From the IMG/VR virus record IMGVR_UViG_3300028985_000038: a stretch of 5,679 bases of DNA; one strand, written 5' to 3'. This stretch comes from a virus (taxonomy: Duplodnaviria > Heunggongvirae > Uroviricota > Caudoviricetes). The translations under genes and the position numbers were made by a program. Positions 1 to 5,679 of the stretch are shown here, one piece after another. The notes under the pieces are model-generated. The model did no database searches and was not told the DNA's origin. It was given only the letters and a program-made list of their open reading frames with translations. Within the stretch, counting starts at the first letter, position 1. Every line of letters starts with the position of its first letter.

Positions 1-135
1 CGATCCGGGCGGGTACGCATTGGTGAGTTAAACTGCCTGTTCGAACATATTGACCACCAGGAGTACCGCAAAATTCTCGCGGACACTGAGCAGGAAAAGC
101 ACCTGAAAAAATTACGAGCCATAAAAAGGAAGTAA
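1..135 (+). CDS. Hypothetical phage protein, C-terminal fragment (5' end outside window)
   Basis: Frame 1 is open for 44 codons from the window edge to TAA at 133-135 (RSGRVRIGELNCLFEHIDHQEYRKILADTEQEKHLKKLRAIKRK*). Its stop sits 3 nt before the next ATG, suggesting coupling. No recognisable family; short and partial, so weak. Confidence 0.35.
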   Translation, partial: RSGRVRIGELNCLFEHIDHQEYRKILADTEQEKHLKKLRAIKRK

Positions 136-138
136 AGA

Positions 139-273
139 ATGAATAAAGCATTTGAACGATGGGTCCACCAGCGTTACGGCAATCGCTATGACCTGACGCG
201 AGATGTTGACGGCTTCTACTGTCGTGAAGTTGTGAAGCGAATGTTTGAAGTGTGGTGCCACTGCCGTGGATGA
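139..273 (+). CDS. Hypothetical small protein (44 aa), phage accessory ORF upstream of xis
   Basis: ATG at 139 preceded by AGGAAG (127-132) at 6-nt spacing; TGA at 271-273. Translation MNKAFERWVHQRYGNRYDLTRDVDGFYCREVVKRMFEVWCHCRG has a Cys/His-rich C-terminus (C28, C40, H41, C42). Below the ORF-track length cutoff; no family recognised. Confidence 0.4.
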   Translation: MNKAFERWVHQRYGNRYDLTRDVDGFYCREVVKRMFEVWCHCRG

Positions 274-291
274 AAATTTTATGAGGTTGGC

Positions 292-546
292 ATGCAGACA
301 ATTATCTATCAGATAACCCCCAGCAAATGGTGTACGGAGAGAGTCCTCATTGCATCAACAGGGCTAAAGCCTGGCACCATTGAGCGGGCAAGAAGAAAGT
401 CATGGATGCAGGGAAAAGAATACCGCCATTACGCTGTAGAAGGTGATCCGGGGCACTACAGTGAATGCCTGTACAACATCGAAGAAATTATGCGATGGAT
501 CGAAAACCAGAAACAACCAGGTGCCAAAAATGCAAGTTCCGGTTAA
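292..546 (+). CDS. xis: Putative excisionase / excisionase-like DNA-binding protein (84 aa)
   Basis: ATG at 292 with GAGG (283-286) upstream. Small basic protein immediately upstream of and co-oriented with the integrase, the canonical xis position. Sequence pattern resembles DUF1233-type putative excisionases, recalled from memory and not searched. Confidence 0.6.
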   Translation: MQTIIYQITPSKWCTERVLIASTGLKPGTIERARRKSWMQGKEYRHYAVEGDPGHYSECLYNIEEIMRWIENQKQPGAKNASSG

Positions 547-570
547 CCTGTTAATGCTCCTGGACGTCTG

Positions 571-575
571 GGAGG
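571..575 (+). promoter_or_regulatory. Ribosome-binding site (GGAGG) for the integrase gene
   Basis: GGAGG at 571-575, 4 nt upstream of ATG 580-582. Confidence 0.6.
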
Positions 576-579
576 TTTA

Positions 580-1866
580 ATGAGTAACGCATCATACCCG
601 ACAGGCGTTGAAAACCATGGAGGATCACTCCGTATATGGTTTCACTATAATGGCAAACGTGTCAGAGAAAACCTCGGTGTTCCTGACACAGCCAAAAACC
701 GGAAGATCGCTGGTGAACTTCGCACTTCCGTTTGTTTTGCAATCAGAATGGGGAGTTTCGACTACGCCGCGCAGTTCCCTAATTCCCCTAACCTGAAACA
801 CTTTGGTCTGGGAAAAAGAGAGATAACCGTTAAGGCACTTTCGGAAAAATGGTTGGACCTTAAGAAAATTGAGATTTGTGCGAATGCACTTAACCGTTAC
901 CAGTCAGTAATTAAAAACATGTTACCAATGTTAGGTGAAAAAAAACTGGTTTCATCCATAACAAAAGAGGATTTACTTTTCGTAAGGAGAGATTTGTTGA
1001 CCGGTTACCAAAAGCTTTCTAATGGAAAGACTTCTTCCATAAAAGGGCGCTCAGTGGTCACGGTAAACTACTATATGACAACCATAGCTGGAATGTTTCA
1101 ATTTGCAACAGATAATGGTTATACCTCAGGAAACCCATTTAACGGTCTGGCTCCCTTAAAAAAGTCCAAGGTAAAACCAGATCCTCTCACCCGTGACGAA
1201 TTTATTCGTTTTATTGAGGCTTGCCGTCATCAACAAACAAAAAACCTGTGGATTCTCGCTGTATACACGGGTATTCGTCACGGGGAGTTGGTATCGCTGG
1301 CATGGGAAGATATAGACCTTAAAGCAAGGACTATAACCATCCGTAGAAATTATACAAAACTTGGCGAATTCACTCCACCAAAAACCGATGCAGGCACCGG
1401 AAGGACAATTCATCTGGTTCAACCAGCTATTGATGCTCTTAAAAGCCAGGCGGAAATGACCATGCTTGGAAAGCAACATTCTGTAGAGGTGAAGCAGAGG
1501 GAATATGGGAGAACTGCTGTGCATAAATGCACTTTTGTTTTTAGTCCTCAGGTAACAAAACAGCAGCAGTTGTCCGGACCTCACTACAAGGTTGACTCCA
1601 TCAGGGAGTCATGGACAAGTATCTTAAAACGCGCAGGTCTGAGACACAGAAAATCGTACCAATCCAGGCATACTTATGCATGCTGGTCACTTGCCGCAGG
1701 AGCTAATCCTAGTTTTATCGCAAGCCAGATGGGCCACACAAACGCACAAATGGTATTCAATGTTTACGGAGCATGGATGAAAGACAACAATCACGAACAG
1801 ATAGAACTCCTTAACAAAAGACTATCTGAAAGTGTCCCATGTATGCCCCATAAGAAAGTTGGGTAA
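580..1866 (+). CDS. int: Phage tyrosine recombinase / integrase (428 aa)
   Basis: Translation shows tyrosine-recombinase motifs: box I Arg in YTGIRHGEL, box II Arg in SRHTYACW, then GHTN His and the putative catalytic Tyr in NVYGAWM near the C-terminus. N-terminal region is consistent with an arm-type DNA-binding domain. Lies directly beside the att junction. Confidence 0.93.
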   Translation: MSNASYPTGVENHGGSLRIWFHYNGKRVRENLGVPDTAKNRKIAGELRTSVCFAIRMGSFDYAAQFPNSPNLKHFGLGKREITVKALSEKWLDLKKIEICANALNRYQSVIKNMLPMLGEKKLVSSITKEDLLFVRRDLLTGYQKLSNGKTSSIKGRSVVTVNYYMTTIAGMFQFATDNGYTSGNPFNGLAPLKKSKVKPDPLTRDEFIRFIEACRHQQTKNLWILAVYTGIRHGELVSLAWEDIDLKARTITIRRNYTKLGEFTPPKTDAGTGRTIHLVQPAIDALKSQAEMTMLGKQHSVEVKQREYGRTAVHKCTFVFSPQVTKQQQLSGPHYKVDSIRESWTSILKRAGLRHRKSYQSRHTYACWSLAAGANPSFIASQMGHTNAQMVFNVYGAWMKDNNHEQIELLNKRLSESVPCMPHKKVG

Positions 1867-1889
1867 AATAAAAACTTGCAAAATCAGTT

Positions 1890-1915
1890 AGTTTACCCTT
1901 AATCCCTGTCACGTT
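1890..1915. other. Approximate int-proximal att junction (attL by lambda convention) between phage and mlrA sequence
   Basis: In-frame mlrA-like codons (VTLRAWQRRYGLLKPQRTDGG) are clear from about 1908 onward, while upstream sequence (TAA at 1869-1871, AT-rich) is phage-like. Exact core cannot be delimited without the other prophage end or an uninterrupted mlrA reference. Confidence 0.5.
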
Positions 1916-2588
1916 ACGCGCGTGGCAGAGGCGTTACGGATTGCTGAAACCGCAACGGACAGACGGCGGTCATCGGCTGTTCAACGATGCCGATATTGAC
2001 CGGATCCGCGAGATCAAACGCTGGATCGACAACGGCGTGCAGGTCAGCAAAGTAAAAATGCTGCTCAGTAATGAAAATGTTGATGTGCAGAACGGCTGGC
2101 GCGATCAGCAAGAAACATTACTGACTTACCTGCAAAGCGGCAATCTGCATAGCCTGCGAACGTGGATCAAAGAGCGCGGTCAGGATTACCCCGCCCAGAC
2201 ACTCACCACACATCTGTTTATTCCTCTGCGCCGACGACTTCAGTGTCAACAACCGACTCTCCAGGCGCTGCTGGCGATCCTCGACGGCGTACTGATCAAC
2301 TACATCGCCATCTGTCTGGCTTCGGCACGTAAAAAACAGGGTAAAGATGCGCTGGTGGTTGGCTGGAATATTCACGATACCACCCGTCTGTGGCTGGAGG
2401 GCTGGATTGCCAGTCAACAAGGATGGCGCATTGATGTCCTCGCCCACTCGCTCAATCAACTACGCCCTGAACTGTTCGAAGGCCGTACATTGCTGGTGTG
2501 GTGCGGTGAAAATCGAACCTCTGCCCAACAGCAGCAACTCACCAGTTGGCAGGAACAAGGCCATGATATTTTCCCACTCGGCATTTAA
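1908..2588 (+). pseudogene. mlrA: mlrA (yehV) 3' remnant: MerR-family curli regulator lacking its N-terminal HTH, truncated by prophage insertion
   Basis: Translation from about 1908 matches MlrA from ...VTLRAWQRRYGLLKPQRTDGGHRLFNDADIDRIREIKRWIDNG... to the C-terminus ...QEQGHDIFPLGI*. The native N-terminus (MALYTIGEVALLCDINP, recalled from memory) is absent. No in-frame ATG or RBS at the 5' end; first in-frame candidate start is TTG at 1941. Confidence 0.85.
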
Positions 2589-2591
2589 TGA

Positions 2592-2634
2592 TTCGTTAAC
2601 AAATGCGCTTTACTGTACAATCCTTTCGTTAACA
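2592..2634. repeat. 10-bp direct repeat TTCGTTAACA (2592-2601 and 2625-2634) in the mlrA-yohO intergenic region
   Basis: Exact duplicate read directly from the sequence; each copy contains the palindrome GTTAAC. The copies flank a TACAAT -10-like hexamer (2616-2621) upstream of yohO. Confidence 0.5.
2616..2621 (+). promoter_or_regulatory. Candidate -10 hexamer (TACAAT) for yohO
   Basis: TACAAT lies 26 nt upstream of the yohO ATG, with TG immediately upstream. No good -35 at canonical spacing, so weak. Confidence 0.25.
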
Positions 2635-2647
2635 TAAGGAGTGCATT

Positions 2648-2755
2648 ATGCGCATAGCTAAAATTGGGGTCATCGCCCTGTTCCTGTTTATGGCGTTAGG
2701 TGGAATTGGTGGCGTCATGCTCGCAGGTTATACCTTTATTTTGCGTGCTGGCTAA
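2648..2755 (+). CDS. yohO: Small membrane protein YohO (35 aa, UPF0387 family)
   Basis: ATG at 2648 preceded by AGGAG (2637-2641) at 6-nt spacing. Translation [35 protein letters not shown] is a single hydrophobic helix. Matches the known small gene between mlrA and yehW in E. coli K-12 (from memory). Confidence 0.8.
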
Positions 2756-3467
2756 GTGCCTGCACCAGCCTTTCAAACAGGCGGTCTGCGATGATCGCCG
2801 CCAGTGCCACCAGTAACGCCCCCTGGATCACATACGCGGTATTAAATCCGCTAAGCCCGATGATGATCGGCGTACCCAGCGTGCTGGCCCCTACCGTTGA
2901 GGCGATCGTCGCCGTACCAATGTTGATAATCACCGAAGTTCGCACGCCCGCCAGAATCACCGGAGCCGCCAGCGGTAGCTCGACCTTACGCAGTCGCTGA
3001 CCACGACTCATTCCCATACCTTTCGCAACTTCTGTCACGCTGGCATCAATCGCTCCCAGCCCGGCAAGTGTCGCCTGTAGGACGGGCAGCACACCGTAAA
3101 GGATCAAGGCGATAATCGCGGGTTGCAGACCAAAGCCGATCACCGGAACGGCAATCGCCAGCACCGCGACGGGCGGAAAAGTCTGCCCAACGGCGGCAAT
3201 AGTTTCCACCAGTGGGCGAAATTCCGCCCCCCACGGGCGAGTGACAGCAATTCCGGCACCAGTACCAATGATCACCGCAAACAAACTCGAAATTCCCACC
3301 AGCCAGAAATGAGCCAGTGCCAGAGCTGCAAAACTCTCTTGCTGATAAACGGGTCGTGGCAGTTGTGGGAACAAGGCAGCAAACAGCGGCTGGCTGTAAG
3401 GCAGCCAGAAAATCAGTGCCACAAACAAAGCAATGAGCCAGAACAGCGGATCGCGCAACATCTTCAT
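2736..3467 (-). CDS. yehW: Osmoprotectant ABC transporter permease YehW (243 aa)
   Basis: 243-aa polytopic hydrophobic protein starting [15 protein letters not shown] with typical ABC permease features. ATG at 3467-3465 with GGAGG (rc of 3477-3481) upstream; length matches K-12 YehW. Confidence 0.93.
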
Positions 3468-3471
3468 ACGC

Positions 3472-4386
3472 TTACGCCTCCACCAGCAGATCCTGAAAAT
3501 GCAGCGTGCCGCAAGGCTCGCCCTGTGTGTTCACCACCGGCAGCACTTCACATCCCCGCGCGACAAACAGGGAGAGCGCATCGCGTAGCGTCATCTCTTC
3601 TGCCAGCGCCTCACCTTCTGCCCGTTCTTCGCGACGCACGTAATCCGCCACGCTACGTAACGAAAGCAGGCGGACACCCAGTTCACTATGCCCAAAAAAC
3701 TGGCGGACAAAATCATTCGCCGGACGAGTCAGCATCGTCAGCGGATTTCCCTGCTGCACCACTTCACCGTGATCCATCAACACCAGATGTTCTGCCAGTC
3801 GTAGCGCCTCATCAATATCATGAGTGACCAGCACAATGGTACGCCCCAGCAAACGGTGTATGCGCGTCATCTCTTGTTGCAACGCGCCGCGCGTTACCGG
3901 GTCCAGCGCGCCAAAAGGTTCATCCATCAGTAAGACTTGCGGATCGGCAGCCACTCCCACACGTTGCTGCTGACCGCCGGAAAGCTGATGCGGATAACGC
4001 TCACGCAAATTTGGCTCCAGCCCCAGTAGCGCCATTAATTCGTCGATACGATCGTCGATCCGCGCCCGTGACCATTTTTGCAATTGCGGCACGGTGGCGA
4101 TGTTTTGTGCCACGCTCCAGTGGGGAAACAGGCCAATAGATTGAATGGCATAGCCCATCCGGCGGCGCAACTCCAGCACTGGCAGCGAGCGAATTTCTTC
4201 TCCGGCAAAGCGGATCACGCCACTGTCATGCTCCACCAGGCGGTTAATCATTTTCAGAGTGGTGGATTTACCGGAGCCTGATGTACCAATCAGCACTGAA
4301 AAACTCCCCTCCTGAAAATTGAGATTGAGATCGTTAACGGCTTTTTGTGCGCCGAACAGTTTGCTGACATGGCTAAATTCAATCAT
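3472..4386 (-). CDS. yehX: Osmoprotectant ABC transporter ATP-binding protein YehX (304 aa here; apparent 4-residue in-frame loss after the signature motif)
   Basis: Walker [10 protein letters not shown], signature LSGGQ, Walker B LLMDEP and H-loop VTHD are all present. The segment after the signature reads [15 protein letters not shown] rather than the canonical ...RVGVARALAADP.... Length is 304 aa versus 308 recalled for K-12. Confidence 0.93.
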   Translation of the reverse strand: MIEFSHVSKLFGAQKAVNDLNLNFQEGSFSVLIGTSGSGKSTTLKMINRLVEHDSGVIRFAGEEIRSLPVLELRRRMGYAIQSIGLFPHWSVAQNIATVPQLQKWSRARIDDRIDELMALLGLEPNLRERYPHQLSGGQQQRVGVAADPQVLLMDEPFGALDPVTRGALQQEMTRIHRLLGRTIVLVTHDIDEALRLAEHLVLMDHGEVVQQGNPLTMLTRPANDFVRQFFGHSELGVRLLSLRSVADYVRREERAEGEALAEEMTLRDALSLFVARGCEVLPVVNTQGEPCGTLHFQDLLVEA

Positions 4387-5536
4387 TACGTTTCACCTTC
4401 AGCAGTGCGATAAGCAAATCGAACAGCGCGTCGGTAAGCACCGCCAGAACAATTACCGGGATCACCCCCAGCAACACTAAATCAATGGCACTGCTTAGCA
4501 GCCCCTGGAAAACCAGCGCACCAAAACCGCCTGCACCGATTAACGCCGCAATCACCGCCATACCTACAGTTTGCACCATCACCACCCGCAGGCTGCGCAG
4601 AAATACCGGTAACGCCAGCGGTAACTGAACATGCAGGAATCGCTGCGCCCCGCTCATCCCCATCGCTCTGGCGCTCTCCAGCACATCGCGCGGGATCTGG
4701 TTCAAGCCGACTACCACGCCGCGCACCAGCGGCAGCAAGGCATAGAGCACCAGCGCAATCAGTGCGGGTGTCATTCCGGTTCCTGCTATGCCCAGCTTAC
4801 CCAGCCACGGAAAGGCCGTAACCAGCGCGGCAAGCGGCGCAATCAACAGGCCAAAGAGCGCCACCGAAGGCACGGTCTGAATGACATTGAGTAGCGAAAA
4901 AATCGCCCCCTGCCGCGCAGTGGAAAAGTAGCACCAGACGCCCAACGGCACACCAATCACTAACGCAGGCAGCACCGCACCAAACAGCAACGTCAGATGT
5001 TGTGCCAGCGCGTCGTCAAACACATCCTGACGGTTGGCGTATTCTTTCATTAGCGAGAGATCGTTAAGCGTGCCGGAGTACAGCAACCACAGCGGAATAA
5101 TGGCAATCTGCATATGCAACAACCAGCGCCACAGCGGATGCGTGGAGATTCGGCGGATGGCATCGCTACAGGCCAGCAATGCCAGCGCCGCAGCCAGCCA
5201 GAAACCACTGCCGAGGCTGGTACGCGCCAGCGCACTGCCATTTTGCGCCAGTTGGGTCGCCGCTTTTCCCGCTCCCCACACCAGCAATACGAAGACGAGT
5301 TGCGCCAGGATGAGTGCAAAAATGCTGCCTTTTCTACCGGGAATAAAACAGGCTGTCAGCCAGGCGCAACATACGCCCACCAGCATCCAGATCGTTTGCG
5401 GCCACAACTGCCAGAGATGACGCCCCTCACCAGAGACTAAACGATTAGGCGCGTAACTGATAAACGGCAGCGCCGCTGCGATTGCCGTCAGCAACAGCAG
5501 CAGCGCCAGAACAGGATTAATACGTAGATAAGTCAC
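4379..5536 (-). CDS. yehY: Osmoprotectant ABC transporter permease YehY (385 aa)
   Basis: 385-aa polytopic membrane protein ([16 protein letters not shown]...KVKRND*). Start is GTG (rc of 5534-5536); its stop overlaps the yehX start by 8 nt (ATGATTGA), indicating translational coupling. Confidence 0.92.
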   Translation of the reverse strand: MTYLRINPVLALLLLLTAIAAALPFISYAPNRLVSGEGRHLWQLWPQTIWMLVGVCCAWLTACFIPGRKGSIFALILAQLVFVLLVWGAGKAATQLAQNGSALARTSLGSGFWLAAALALLACSDAIRRISTHPLWRWLLHMQIAIIPLWLLYSGTLNDLSLMKEYANRQDVFDDALAQHLTLLFGAVLPALVIGVPLGVWCYFSTARQGAIFSLLNVIQTVPSVALFGLLIAPLAALVTAFPWLGKLGIAGTGMTPALIALVLYALLPLVRGVVVGLNQIPRDVLESARAMGMSGAQRFLHVQLPLALPVFLRSLRVVMVQTVGMAVIAALIGAGGFGALVFQGLLSSAIDLVLLGVIPVIVLAVLTDALFDLLIALLKVKRND

Positions 5537-5542
5537 GGGAAA

Positions 5543-5679
5543 TTACTTCGTCCACCCTTTTTGTTTCAGGTAGTCGGCAGCCACTTTTTTGGCATCCAGT
5601 CCTTCCACAGCAATGCTGGCATTCAGTTGCTGCAATGTTTTTGCATCGAGGCTGGCGAAGACTGGCTGTAGCCACTGTG
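5543..5679 (-). CDS. osmF: Glycine betaine/osmoprotectant-binding periplasmic protein OsmF (YehZ), C-terminal fragment (5' end outside window)
   Basis: Minus-strand frame is open from the window edge to TAA (rc of 5543-5545), ending ...QKGWTK*. Position immediately upstream of yehY matches the osmF-yehYXW operon order. Confidence 0.8.
   Translation of the reverse strand, partial: QWLQPVFASLDAKTLQQLNASIAVEGLDAKKVAADYLKQKGWTK

Larger units (their letters stand above)
1..1905 (+). mobile_element. Integrase-proximal end of a lambdoid prophage (partial; continues beyond the window start), ending at the att junction inside mlrA
   Basis: Contains an xis-like gene and a tyrosine integrase gene transcribed toward the junction, as in lambda (xis then int then att). 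Sampled lines are visibly AT-richer than the host side (about 30% GC in an int line versus about 57% in a yehW line, hand-counted). Recognisable mlrA coding sequence begins abruptly near 1908 without its N-terminus. Confidence 0.8.

Noticed and set aside
608-796. 62-aa + strand ORF in an alternate frame inside the integrase gene
   Set aside because: Fully nested within the well-supported int reading frame, with no RBS or recognisable product; likely a chance ORF.
1156-1584. 142-aa - strand ORF antisense to the integrase
   Set aside because: Lies entirely antisense within int, has a low-complexity translation and no upstream signals; a chance ORF in AT-rich sequence.
1867-1910. Possible rho-independent terminator downstream of int
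   Set aside because: I could not find a convincing GC-rich hairpin followed by a T-tract in this spacer by eye; not reported as a feature.
1941-2588. 215-aa ORF from the six-frame track, which could be taken as an intact gene
   Set aside because: It is the C-terminal part of mlrA beginning at an internal TTG. The matching sequence extends upstream to about 1908 with no proper start, so it is a truncated remnant rather than a complete gene.
1914-2637. Track ORFs 1914-2111 (-), 2118-2459 (-) and 2347-2637 (+) overlapping mlrA
   Set aside because: All are antisense or out-of-frame relative to the clearly homologous mlrA frame, with no independent support.
2791-3827. Track ORFs 2791-3000 (+), 3046-3234 (-) and 3123-3827 (+, 234 aa) overlapping yehW/yehX
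   Set aside because: Antisense or alternate-frame ORFs in GC-rich coding DNA. Translations are Arg/Pro/Ser/Gly-rich low-complexity sequences typical of spurious frames, and the yehW/yehX frames have clear family motifs.
4078-5440. Track ORFs 4078-4281 (+), 4631-4894 (+), 5034-5420 (+), 5050-5319 (-) and 5114-5440 (+) overlapping yehX/yehY
   Set aside because: Same reasoning: they lie opposite or out of frame with strongly supported transporter genes and have biased, low-complexity translations.
1-5679. Search for CRISPR arrays, tRNA/rRNA genes, or a multi-gene defence or toxin-antitoxin system
   Set aside because: No regularly spaced repeats, no tRNA-like structure near the integrase (the att site is inside a protein-coding gene), and no gene pair with recognisable toxin, nuclease or ATPase defence signatures. 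The only unexplained coding capacity is the two small ORFs at 1-273, which I report as a low-to-moderate interest finding rather than a system.

Overview
This window is an Escherichia coli-type chromosomal segment carrying the integrase-proximal end of a lambdoid prophage (about 1-1905) inserted inside the curli regulator gene mlrA (yehV), followed by conserved host genes. Phage side, all on the + strand: a partial ORF, a 44-aa small ORF, an excisionase-like gene, and a tyrosine integrase, ending at an att junction near 1890-1915. Host side: the 3' remnant of mlrA lacking its N-terminal MerR-type HTH (1908-2588), the small membrane protein gene yohO, and the osmoprotectant ABC transporter operon osmF(yehZ)-yehY-yehX-yehW on the - strand. 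The most notable points are the disruption of mlrA by the prophage (a known insertion hotspot in EHEC O157:H7), an apparent 4-codon in-frame loss in the conserved helix after the ABC signature motif of YehX, and two uncharacterised small ORFs upstream of xis. I found no CRISPR array, tRNA or rRNA, and no convincing evidence of a novel multi-gene system; the antisense ORFs in the GC-rich yeh operon look spurious. All gene identities come from reading the translations and from memory of the families, not from any database search.
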